This document shows positions 1-11,293 of a stretch of DNA of 64,000 bases, piece after piece. The DNA is from Octopus sinensis (lineage: Eukaryota). Position numbers and translations under genes: made by a program. The notes below the pieces were generated by a model. It had not been told where the DNA came from, did not search any database, and saw only the letters and a program-made list of their open reading frames with translations. The stretch covers positions 71,424,001 through 71,488,000 of the forward strand of contig NC_043000.1 in the NCBI RefSeq assembly GCF_006345805.1. Direction: 5' to 3'. Positions within the stretch are counted from its first letter, which is position 1. Every line of letters begins with the position of its first letter.

Positions 1-256
1 CTGCATACTGTGCAAGGCCTTTTCTCTGGAGATATTAGGATCCTGTCTTCTTTCCTACTTACAAGAACCTTCATTTTTACTATGTTTACCTTAAGACTTC
101 TCGTTTCTAGGTTTAGTTTCCATGCTAGGAATTTCCTCTTTGATTTTCCAATAGATTCAGCTAGATCATCAGCATATAGAAGTTCCCTCCTCTCTGATGG
201 CCTGTAGGACTATGATGAAGAGGAGAGGACTGAATACTGAATCTTGATGAACTACC
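1..256 (-). pseudogene. RTE-clade LINE reverse transcriptase fragment
   Basis: Manual minus-strand translation with gaps gives GVHQDSVFSPLLFIIVLQAI...LYADDLAE...LKVNIVKMKVLV (RT motifs including YADD); homologous to the relic at 12255-13110. Confidence 0.8.
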
Positions 257-424
257 TTTACACTTAATTCATCACTGAAATCATTGTTGACTCTCATTTT
301 ATTTATTGCATCTTTACATAGATTGTTCAGTCCCCACAAGCCTTTTATCTACACTCAGTTTCTACAAAGACCAACAAATTACTGGTTGCTGGTTGATAGG
401 ATCAGCAAAAATGTACTCAATTCT

Positions 425-1445
425 GTACTTTAATGACTACAGGAATTATATGTAAATTACCTCAAGTTTCATGCTCCTATAATATAGGAATTGGACTGGG
501 TTGTATAGTGTACCATGCATGATCTAGCAATCATTCTGGCTCAAATAACATTGCTACTACTTGAAGAAATGTAAGAAAAAAAAAACAAAAAAAAAGATAT
601 ATGTGGTAAAATAAGAAAAAGCATTATGAAATATCTTAAGGTAAAGGGGGATAACAATTATGTCCTTTTAACCCATTAAAATAAGAATATTGTTAATGTT
701 GAGTAGTAATGTGTAAAAATAAATTATGTTGAACAGGTGTAGTTGAAAGGTGTAGAAGAAAGGCTAAAGTGCATTGAACTGTGCATCTATAAAATCTGGT
801 AGGAGGATCATTTTCCAGCTCAATAATAGAAACTTGTGAAGATGCATATATCTTATAAAAATATCTGGTCTTGAGTTTAGAAGATCAGTACAGTTTTTTG
901 AACTAATAAGGATGTCTGTTAAGTCAGCTATACAGAGCCTGCACCCTTTTGACCTGTTAAAATATGGCTTAGCTCTTTCTATGATAACATACTTGATGAT
1001 GTGTGGTATACTGCTATCCCTTAGATTCCCTATATGGCTTCCTAGCTTTGTGCTTTTCTTTTTGAATACATGCTTGAAATAAGACTAGTCATTGGCATAC
1101 CATTTTGATGTCACTTTCAGACAGGCTAGTTTATTTTTTTCTTTATGTTATTTTATTTGGCAGAAAAGAGGTGAATTTAGCTTTGTAGATAACTAAATTA
1201 ATCATGCATACCTTTCTAGTGAGCAATTATCTGGGTTCCTGAAGATGCAGCCTGGAGTGAGGATCTTTGTTGGCTTATGTGAAATGATGCTTTTCATAGT
1301 AGGGCTGCAGCTGTAGGAAACTTTTATAAAATACCTATTGAAGATTTTCTTTTATCTACAGCTATTGAGGAAATTTCTATCAAGAAAAGAACTTTATTAC
1401 TTACTTAGGTCTATTTTTAGGCATGGTTCTTTGTTTGGGTTAGAG
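425..1445 (-). mobile_element. Penelope-like retroelement 3' relic (GIY-YIG endonuclease region plus 3' UTR)
   Basis: Degenerate minus-strand translation: IKVSYSCSPTMKSIISH...GCIFRNPDNC...IERAKPYFNRSKGCRLCIAD...LLNSR, typical of the PLE RT-EN linker and EN C-terminus; stops and frameshifts present. Confidence 0.75.
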
Positions 1446-1484
1446 TGTTATATTCTCTTTTAAGCTGCTGTCAGCCAGGGTGCT

Positions 1485-2035
1485 TTTGCATATTTGGAAC
1501 CTGAAGAACAGCAATATGCCACACACTATCAAGTGGAGCATTACGAAGAGATCTAGGACCATTAGTGAGTTAAAAAAGTGCAGGCTCTATATAGTTGACT
1601 TAACACACATCCTTATTAAATCAAAGAACTGCACTAATCTTCAAGCTCAAAATCAGAAATTTTACAAGATATATGGCAAGTTTCTGTTATTGAACTGTAG
1701 GACACCCCCTCACCAGATGAGATGCCTTGTTTCCCCATTTGTATTCCCACTATGCATAGTTTTTTAGCTGTTAACATTCAATATTAACAATATTCTTCAT
1801 TTAATGGGTCAAAGGGATATAAACTTTTATTCCCTTTACCCATAAACATTTCAAAGCATTTTAATCTCATTATATCTCATAATTTCTTCGCACATTTCCT
1901 CAAGAAGCAGTCATTCCATTTGAGCCTGAACAATTACTGGATCATGCATGGTACACAATACAAGCTCATCCAAATACTTCACTATCTAAGCATGAAACTT
2001 AAAGTAGTTCACATATGGTTCCTGTATTTATTAAA
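1485..2035 (+). mobile_element. Second, inverted copy of the same Penelope-like 3' end (pseudo-LTR-like)
   Basis: ORF 1480-1767 has HIWNLKNSNMPHTIKWSITKRSR...CRLYI; 1515-2035 aligns by eye to the reverse complement of about 425-1010. Confidence 0.75.
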
Positions 2036-2494
2036 CGATATATATGTGAGTGTGTGTACATTTGTGTTTCTTTGTCTTGACATTGCATTGTAAACAAGTA
2101 TCATCAACTTACAAGCAATTTCCTTCATTTTCAGTCTTACATCATAACATACCCAGCTATGGGGAAATATTACCTTACTTGGACACAATGTGAGGGCCAG
2201 CAACATAAAAGGCAATTGGGCATAAAAAAATCTAGTTTGATGAATTCTGTCCACTGCATGCAAGTGGATGTTAAAATAATGATGTTGATGATTTTGGTAT
2301 ACACACAAACACACACACACATGTACATGCACACACATGTACATGCACACACACACATATATATGCATATGCACACACATATTTATACATATATTATGTA
2401 CATCTATATAATATACGATACAAATCTATAAGCATACACATTGATACATATATATGTGTGTTTGTGGTCTGATAAATAAGTATCCAGATTTTCC

Positions 2495-2950
2495 TTTTGA
2501 GTGTTGGGCCTCACAGAGGCAAGTGGCTGAGTTCCTTTCAAGCGTTGGGCCTCATGGAGGCAACGTGGTTAAGTTCGTTTCATGCATTGGGCCCATGGTG
2601 GCAAAATGGCTGAGTTCCTTTTGAGTGTTAAGCCTTATGGAGACAATAACCAAGACCTTTGGCATTATGTGATGCTTGAGAAGAAGACCCATCAGGCTGA
2701 GCAAAATTGTAGTTGTGGTAAATACCAGTGTCACGCAAATGGCACCCACGCCAGTGGCACGTAAAAACACCCATTACACTTTCAGAGTGGTAGGTGTTAG
2801 GAAGAGCATTGAGCTGTAGAAAACCATGCCAAATCAGACTAGAGCCTGGCGCAGCCTTCCAGTGTGCCAGCCCAGTCGGACCATCCAACCCATGCCAGCA
2901 TGGACAACGGATACTAAACGATGATGATGATGATGATGATGATGATGATC
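2495..2950 (+). mobile_element. 3' end of RTE-type retroposon with (GAT)n tail and about 41-bp internal tandem repeat
   Basis: Ends ccatccaacccatgccagcatggacaacggatactaaac(gat)n; the same 3' end recurs at 44780, 49556, 5630 and 62278; three to four gagttccttt..gttgggcctca units at 2495-2640. Confidence 0.7.
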
Positions 2951-3009
2951 ATCATCATCATCATTTAGCGTCCGTTTTCCATGCTAGCATGGGTTGGACA
3001 TGATGATGA

Positions 3010-3841
3010 TGACTATTACCATTGTAATGATGCTAAAGCACACAGAATGAAACCACTTGGCACAGATTGGCCTTGAACTCTGCTGTGTATACGCACTAAG
3101 TTTTAATGTTCTAGCTCACTTCTGCTGTTTACAGCAGTGCTTGGAAGGAACGCGTATAGTGTGTGGTCATCACATTGACCATAACAGAGAAGGTTGAACA
3201 GAGAACCTACATCAAATTTTGCCAAAAGCTAGGTGGTACCTGCTCAGGGACCTAGGAAAATTTTTCAAAAAGTTTTTATCGTTCTCAACACAATTAAGAT
3301 CTTGTGCAACTGAAACCAAAGTGTCTTTTTGGTCAGCTGAAAGCAGTTTTGGCACAAACTTGGCAGTCACAAGTCTTATACCCAAATCTTCAGTGATAAT
3401 AGTCTAAACTAAACCGTAACTAATCTGCACATCCTCTGATAACTCATGGATGGGGATTCAACAATTTCCCCTCACCGCTGCATGCACCTCTGCAATGTTT
3501 TTCTCAATTCTGCTGGTTGCAAGTCTCACAGAATGTTTGTCAGTATCGACATTTTTTCAGTCATCTTGGAAATGTCCGAACCCCTCATACACTTGTGTGA
3601 GGCTCATACACTCCTCTCCATACATTTTCTGCAACTCTGCATAAGCCTCTGAGCAGGTATTGCCATGACAACTTTCTCTGTCATAGTCAATGTGATGCTC
3701 ACACGCTGCACATGTTCTTCCAAGCATTGCTGTAAAGAGCAGAAGTGAGCTAGAACATTAAAACTTAATGAACATGCACACCAGAGACCAAGCTCAATTT
3801 ATGCCAAGTGGCTTCTTAGATTCGTTACTATGGCAACAGTC
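3010..3841. mobile_element. Fold-back element made of two mariner 5' ends in inverted orientation
   Basis: 3010-3250 is the reverse complement of about 3640-3841; minus strand 3690-3265 translates as MTEKV..TCSEAYAELQKMYGEECMSLTQVYE..KFVPKLLSADQK (mariner N-terminal HTH region); plus strand 3180-3250 gives EKVEQRTYIKFCQKLG. Confidence 0.75.
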
Positions 3842-4247
3842 TAGATACTTATTGATCAGACCTTGTATATATGTATATATAGTTAAATCATATGGTATAT
3901 TATACACCTGATAGATTGGTGGTAAAGGATGTTCACTGTCTTAGTATTCATTGTATATGTAATCAATGAGGGAGAAAGCCAATGGAGGATATGAGAATCT
4001 TTATTCACTACAATCATTTTGACTCAATCTACACCGAGGGATACACCTTGCCAAGCTACTAAATGATGGGAACATAATTTAGCAGCTTGGCAAAAGTGAC
4101 TGGTAGAATAAGTACCAGACTTTTAAAAAATAAGTACTGAGGGTGATTTATTTGATTGCCTAAAACCCTTCAAGGTGGTGCCCTACAGTGCCTGCAGATC
4201 AGTATCTGAAACAAGTAAATGATAAAAGATCTAACTATATCTATCTA

Positions 4248-4280
<33 letters not shown>

Positions 4281-4439
4281 ATGTATGTATGTATGTATGG
4301 CAAATGATAGATGGAAGATGGAATATACGAGAATTTATTATTAATCATGACAATTGTTACGACACATCTACCATAGATTTCTCATGTATAAATATGTATG
4401 TGCATATTTATATATATACATGAGTTGTCTAAGAGACAA

Positions 4440-4900
4440 TAAGTCAGGGAAAAGATGCACTCATATATTTGTCAGAGTGAAGGTATTATCTGAAATATTT
4501 AGTATTATATATCCATCATAGCTGATCTTACCAATTGGTTTCATGCAAGGAATACAATGGAGTGTTAGGTAATAATTTGATTATACAACTTTATGCTCAT
4601 CAGAGTTAGCTGATATGGAAGGGAATATGGTGACTCTTTATTGTTGGAAGTGGATTAACACAACCTGTCATCAGCTGCTGTGAAAAAGGGTCAGGGCATT
4701 AGGTTAGAAGTTATGCCCTTGAACATCTTATATATAATCATTTTATATAGAATTAAAAAGATCCTCTTTCACCAGAGTTACTCTGCTAAGACAGATATTA
4801 AGTTAGAAAATTTAAGATATCATGTATCGTAATTCATCTAATTGAAGTATCTATCCAAAGATAATGCTGTATCTAATAAGAAAGTAGTTGAGACTATGAA
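4440..4900 (-). mobile_element. Probable Penelope-like 3' end with a degenerate hammerhead motif (4520-4611)
   Basis: Minus strand CTGATGA (4603-4597) ... GAAA CCAATTGG TA with palindromic helix III; weak EN C-terminus-like translation at 4770-4900. Confidence 0.45.
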
Positions 4901-5219
4901 CATTGTGTGTGTGTGTGTGTGTTTGTGTGTTTGTGTGTGTGTGTGTGTATGTGTGTGTGTGTGTGTGTGTGTGCGTGTGTGTGTGTGTATGTGTGTGCAT
5001 GCATGTAAACGTTAATTTGAAATTTATCAATGAATTGAATGCATACAGGACTTTATTAATTTATTCAAAGCTAGGCCATCTCTTCATTGCTTGTACTGAA
5101 TTATGTTTGTTTTTATATATTTTACTTTTCATGGCGAAATGTGAAAATATGAAATTCAGATTAGCAATGGACCAAGAATCACCTTCAAATAAAAATGAAT
5201 ATATATATATATATATATA

Positions 5220-5615
5220 GGCGCAGGAGTGGCTATGTGGTAAGTAGCTTGCTAACCAACCACATGGTTCATTCCCACTGCGTGGCATCTTGGGCAAGTG
5301 TCTTCTGCTATAGCCCCGGGCCGACCAATGCCTTGTGAGTGGATTTGGTAGACGGAAACTGAAAGAAGCCTGTCGTATATATGTATATATATACATGTGT
5401 GTGTGTTTGTGTGTCTGTGTTTGTCCCCCTAGCATTGCTTGACAACCGATGCTGGTGTGTTTACGTCCCCGTCACTTAGCGGTTCGGCAAAAGAGACCGA
5501 TAGAATAAGTACTAGGCTTACAAAGAATAAGTCCCGGGGTCGATTTGCTCGACTAAAGGCGGTGCTCCAGCATGGCCACAGTCAAATGACTGAAACAAGT
5601 AAAAGAGTAAAAGAG
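5220..5615 (+). mobile_element. tRNA-derived SINE, full length, with internal (TA)/(TG) tract
   Basis: tRNA-like head (ggcgcaggagtggctatgtggtaag), core gcatcttgggcaagtgtcttctgctatagcc, tail cagtcaaatgactgaaacaagtaaaagag; further copies at 44460-44695, 49718-50170 and 61535-61838. Confidence 0.85.
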
Positions 5616-5629
5616 TATATATATATATA

Positions 5630-6040
5630 TATCATCATCATCATCATCATCATCATCAATACTTAACAACTTAACATCCATATTTCATGCTGGCTTAGAT
5701 TGGATGGTTCAACAGAATTCAATGAACCAGAAAACTACATTGAGCTCCAAAGTTTGCTTTGCTATGGTTTCTGTGGCTGTGATACCATTCCTCATGCCAA
5801 CCACTTTACAGAGTGTACTGGGTGTTTTTTTTTTGTGACACCGGCATTAATGAGGTCATCAAGTAACTTGCAAGACAGGACCCCTTGACAGAGTGGGGTG
5901 CAGTATTAAGGGAGGTGGCACTGTGCCAGGTGTTGAGTGGCTAAAGTGCGACAAAAGGACAGGAACAGGTGTCTTGCTGCATACATAGAGGTATATGACT
6001 ATCCCAGCTGGAAAGGAATGATGGCAGAGATGAAATATCA
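5630..6040 (-). mobile_element. RTE-tail retroposon relic with (CAT)n on the plus strand
   Basis: Homologous to 62278-62600 and to the tail of 2495-2950. Confidence 0.6.
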
Positions 6041-6669
6041 TCATATACACTCAGAGTAAAAAAAGAGAAGTGGAGATAGAGAATCAAGGATGGATGGGTA
6101 GTTCACGGGTATGAAAGGAAAGTGACAAATGATTATAGAAGGGGAACAGAAATGAAGTTAGTGAATAGTGAACATGGGTGGAGTTGTAGACACTGGTGAA
6201 TCTCAGTTTGAAGGAAAGTAAAAGAAAATAGTAGTGGGTAAGAGAGGAGGAGGTAATAGGTCGGAATACATAAAAATGGGAGGTGGGAGTAATAGTATGA
6301 TAAAACAGTACATAGATGAGAAATAAGGAGATGACATGTGGGAGAGAGGAAAGATGCATGGTGACAGAGATAGGGATCAGAGGCCATAGGGCTGGAGATG
6401 TGTGTGGGTGTGTATTATATACACCGTGATGGAACAATTCCGTGTCTGTCAATTCAGTGCCAATAATTCCATGCTGACAGTTCAGCTCTATATAATTCAG
6501 TGCATAGACAATTCAGTGCAGACCATCTTATTGAACTTAAGTAAAGATTATTTTGGGGATGAAAACAGAAAAAGGAAGAGAAATTTCAATTATATATTTA
6601 AAAACATATAAAGATATAAAATACAAAAAGAATTTAAAATGCTAAATTACATTCTTTATATATGTATAT

Positions 6670-7250
6670 AAAAAATAATGCATGTGTATGATGCATGTGA
6701 GCGAACTGCTATGCTACACAGCAGTGAAACATGGGCCATGACTGCTGGCAACATGCGTAGGTTTGAAAGAAATGAAGCTAGTATGATCCACTGGATGTGT
6801 AATGTCAGGAAGGAACCTGTGGAAGAGGTAGACCCAGGAAGATATTGGATGAGGTGGTGAAACATGACTTTCGAACAATGGGCCTCACAGAAGTAATGAC
6901 GGAAGGCCGAGACCTTTGGAGATATGATGTGATTGAGAAGATCCAGCAACTAAAGTGAGATCACAGCCATGGTTGATGCTAGTGTTGCATGTCTAGCCCA
7001 TTTAGAAGTACCTTTGATGCATTGGGTGATATGATATGCTTAAGAAGACCTGTTGAGTCAAATAAAACCAAAATCATAGCTGTAGCCAGTGCCTCTTGAC
7101 TGGCTCCTGTGCCAGTGGCACATAAAATGCACCATCCAAACATAGTCAATGCCAGTGCCCACTGACTGGCTCCCATGCCAGTGGCATGTACAAAGCACCA
7201 TCTGAACATGGTCAATGCCAGGTTCGCCTGACTGGCTCCTGTGCTGGTGG
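6670..7250 (+). pseudogene. RTE LINE 3' fragment (internally deleted) with about 62-bp tandem repeat in the 3' UTR
   Basis: ORF 6678-6860 VYDACERTAMLHSSETWAM..RFERNEASMIHWMCNV (RTE post-RT region); three actggctcc..gccagtggca..gcaccatc units at 7090-7250. Confidence 0.75.
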
Positions 7251-7983
7251 GTATATGACACACAAATCTCATTCAACAACACAAAGACTCAATCATTGCA
7301 CATAACAAGGGAACAATTAAAACAACTCAAAGCCACTACAGGGCCACACCTAACAATCTCTGATGGTCCAGTATATGTAGTATTTCAGAAGCTGCATCCC
7401 AAAGCTTATCCTTTCTGTTCAGAGTAAGAAAATATTTCAGCTCTAATTCTTTGGAATGATTCTTCCATATTTAAGATGGTGATGTACTACACTCATAAAC
7501 ATCTAAAGGTACACCCAAAAGATTTGCAAAGTTTCACTTACCAGCACAATTTAACCACTGGCTTACAGACAGGCCATTATTTCTCTTAGCTTGTTTGTTA
7601 ATACAACAATGGCTTCTGTTCCTCTAAACTAACTAGTTGCATATCCCTCTCTTGCTCATACAATATCTGAAGTTTGGTATTGCTGAAGTTGCCAAGCAAT
7701 ACCAGAATTCAAAAACTCTGCCTAGAGACAAAAAGCAGACTTGGAAGATACTGAAATTAATGAAGTTAAGCAATGCAAGCACAGGAAATGAGTAAGTCTT
7801 GAAAGAAAGGCAAGTATTGAAGAGGTGACTAAAACCTGAAGTACACCTTAGTTGTTAGAGTAGCTTTCAGTGTAAACAAATCAACACATTGTGAAAAAAG
7901 GTATCCTGACAACTTTATTCCCAATCCAATTATTAACTAATATATATTAACAACAGAGGCAGTATTAATACTGAGATGTATTA

Positions 7984-8238
7984 TTTATTCCCACTTAAAC
8001 ATGGAACAAACTATACTGCAGTAAATCCCATAAAGGGCACTCTCATATTGGCTTTTGGGTCTAAATCACGTGATCTGATGGTCCCAGTGCTGATAATGGT
8101 AGAGATTTATCTCCCCACTATGCAATATAAACAAGAGTGTATTTTAAATCTGGAAGCCAAAATGAGAGTTTCTTTCATGGTAACTACCACAGTATAGTTT
8201 GTTCTAACAGAACATCCACATTTAAGTGGGGATAAAAA
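7984..8238. mobile_element. MITE-like hairpin element
   Basis: 7984-8057 (ttattcccacttaaac..gaacaaactatactg..actctcatattggctt) is an imperfect reverse complement of 8148-8238. Confidence 0.6.
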
Positions 8239-8843
8239 TCCAATAACTGTTTGAGATTTTTAGGCTCTCCTAGTTTGGAGATTGTGGATAATTGGTAACA
8301 GCTGAAGTGATACTTGTTCTGTTAGTGCTAACATATTTGATGCATGGAACATTAAACAGCTAACTAGAAATAGATATACAGAGAAGAAAACCAATATCAG
8401 TCAACTAATATTAATATTAGTATTATTTTCATTGTTCTAGCAACTTTTAGAGACGAGTATGGATATATTTTGGTTTATTTTAACTTCATTAGCAAAGCAT
8501 AATCTTTACAATATTTGCGAAAGTAATGTTAAGAAAATCACTTAATCACTGTACATGACAATACATTTGCTGATGTAAGAAAACAGAATTGTTTAGAACT
8601 TAAATAAATTTAGTTGGAAATGCTTCTTGTTGGCAGATGCGGGATACAAAAAAGAGAAAGGATTTGCAGAGTATTGATTTCTGGGGATTAAGGATTGGTA
8701 AAGTACTTAGTCTGGATGATTGGAGGAAGAGAAACTAGTTTGTCAACTGATTTTAAGTTGTAAAAATATACAACAATAAATTCAAATTACAATAAATATA
8801 AACAAAGATTGCTTTTAGAAGGATTGAGATGTATTGTAAGATA

Positions 8844-10122
8844 CGAGGGATGTTCAATAAGTAATGCCTCTGACCCACTTGCAGTTGTTTGATCTAGCTG
8901 AAATTTTGCATGTGCAATCATTTATATCTCTATAGAGTAAGTGGCAAATTACAGCTCTGAATTAATTTGTGGTTTCTGATTTACAGGTGTTTGAACCGAG
9001 TCAAGTGTGAAATGGAGCCTGTTGAGTGTCGAGCAGTGATCCGGTTTTTGTATTTGAAAGGACACACACCACGGGAGACTTTTGATGAAATGAAAGTAAC
9101 TTATGGTGATGATGCCCCATCATATGACCTTGTAAAACGCTGGCATCGTGAATTCAAACATGGTCGGAACTCTGTGGAAACAGCTCCCAGATCTGGTCAC
9201 CTCTTCTGCCATTGATGAGGCATCTGTCCGTCAAGTTGAGGCTGCCATTTTGGAAGATCGACGCATAATTATTCGCCAAATAGCCCATGAGGTCAAGATT
9301 AGTACCGGGTCTGTGGAAACTATCATTCATGACCATTTGCATATGCAAAAGGTGTCTGCCAGATGGATTCCCAGGTTGCTCACACCTTTCCAGAAGCAAG
9401 AACGCATCGAGTGCTCGAGGGTGAATTTGGAGATGTGCCAAGAAGATGAGTCAAAATTTTTCAAAAGACTGATTACACAGGATGAAACCTGGGTCCATCA
9501 CGATGATCCAGAGACCAAAGCCCAGTCAATGCAGTGGAAGCACCGTGACTCACCCCCCCCAAAGAAGGCAAGGGTGCAGCCCTCCGCTGACACGGTCTTC
9601 TGGGACCAGGACGGAGTAGTGATGACAGATTTCCTGGCAAAGGGTACCACAATTGCAGGAGCTTATTATGCTTCACTTTTGAGGAAATTAAGAGAAGTTA
9701 TCAAAATCAAGAGGCGGGGCAAGATCAGCAAAGGCATCCTCCTCCTGCAGGACAACGCTCCGGTCCACAACTCGCTTGTCGCCAGATCAGAAGCACAGGC
9801 ATATGGCTATGAACTCCTCCCCCATCCCCCTACTTTCCTGACCTTGCACCCTCTGATTTTCACCTCTTCCCAGTCATGAAGTTGTTTTTGAAAGGAAAGC
9901 GTTTCCCAGATGATGCAGCCTTGATTTCTGAAGTCACGTTCAGGTTGGAGGACCAAGCTAGGGTCTTCTACAAAAACGGTCTCCAGAGCTGCATCAAACA
10001 ATGGGAGAAATGCGTAACTCTGGGTGGTTCCTATGTAGAAAAAGACTAATAACTGTGCCAAGTTTCGTTGCTCTACTGCTATGGGAAGTGGGTCAGGGGC
10101 ATTACTTATTGAACGCCCCTCG
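8844..10122 (+). mobile_element. Near-full-length mariner transposon (1279 bp)
   Basis: 37-bp TIRs (cgagggatgttcaataagtaatgcctctgacccactt; 3 mismatches between ends); TA on both flanks (8842-8843, 10123-10124). Confidence 0.95.
9012..10049 (+). pseudogene. Mariner DD34D transposase, two frameshifts and a small deletion
   Basis: MEPVECRAVIRFLYLKG..., WIPRLL, TQDETWVH, LQDNAPVH, PDLAPSDFHLFP (shifted near 9830), ending GSYVEKD*; GKVML motif missing before TVFWD. Confidence 0.92.
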
Positions 10123-10459
10123 TACAGATAAGGAAATAATTTATTCTCAAATGTAGAATAATGCTGATAAAACAGCAGGAACAGGATAAAATATCCATAT
10201 TTTGTGGAAAAATTTGTCAGCTATGAGACTTGAACTCACATCCCTGTGATTACCAGTCAAGTGTTTTACCAAATAAGATAATCTGCCCTCTAACAAACTG
10301 ATCTGCAATTTTTGAACTTATGAATCTAGCTCACAAGGCACTGTATGATAAATTCAAATTACGATAAATGTAAACAAAGTCTGCTTTTAAGAACTGTTGA
10401 GGTGTATTGAGATGTGGATACTTTATCTTGTTCCGTAAAGTGTGAAATAATATTAATAA

Positions 10460-10972
10460 CTAGCAGTATTGCCCGGCGTTGCTCGGGTTTGTAAGGGAAA
10501 TAACTATATAAGCATTTTTAGAGAGTTACTTCCCTTATAGATGCCAATTCGGGCTTTCTTAGCCATCTCTGTTTTGGTGTCTTCAAGCCATGAAGTCGTT
10601 GTTATAAAAGAACGCTGGTCTCCTTGACCACACATTATGACATTGATTTTCTTACACTCCCTTCCCCACAGCTTCACGAGGGAGGGAAGAAGGGGGAGAA
10701 GCAAACAGGTGCAAGTGTGACCATGGATGCCAACTCCACCGCCATCAACACACGAAAAATTATGCATTAAAATGGAATAAAAAATGATGTTAAATTATTT
10801 TTAAAATTGTAGACTCATCGTAGACGAGCGCTAATACTCAGATGGGCTCGATATGAATCACGACTATAAGATACCCGAATTTGGTTAAACTGCACCGCAA
10901 AATGTGGGAGTAGTTAGGAATCTAAATCGAAGGGGACAGACACTCACACAACTACAGTTTTATATATATAGA
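10460..10972 (-). mobile_element. Non-autonomous Helitron
   Basis: Minus strand begins TC(tatatatataaaactg), ends cccgagcaacgccgggcaatactgCTAG with a subterminal hairpin, inserted between A and T with no TSD. Confidence 0.88.
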
Positions 10973-11099
10973 TAAGAACAGTGGAGGTTTGCACATGAGT
11001 AATTTATTTTATAGTTATTTACAGCATATTACAAATATGCTGTAAATAAATGTAAAATAAATTATCGATGTTCAAATCTCCATTCTCCTTATTATTAAT

Positions 11100-11139
11100 G
11101 TTATATATATATATATATCATCATCATCATATATATATA

Positions 11140-11172
<33 letters not shown>

Positions 11173-11188
11173 CATCATCATCATATAT

Positions 11189-11283
<95 letters not shown>

Positions 11284-11292
11284 CATATATAT
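11100..11292. repeat. (TA)n microsatellite with (CAT)n interruptions
   Basis: Directly visible. Confidence 0.95.
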
Positions 11293-11293
11293 A

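Noticed and set aside
140-175. CTGATGA..GAAA on the minus strand
   Set aside because: It is the YADD codons of an RTE RT; helices do not form.
10225-10300. tRNA-like sequence on the minus strand (A/B-box-like, GGT loop)
   Set aside because: Stems are broken; it looks like a decayed SINE head, not a tRNA gene.
8774-10415. About 65-bp direct repeat on either side of the mariner (8774-8840 and 10347-10415)
   Set aside because: Copies are diverged and not adjacent to the right TIR; probably two fragments of an older repeat, not a TSD.
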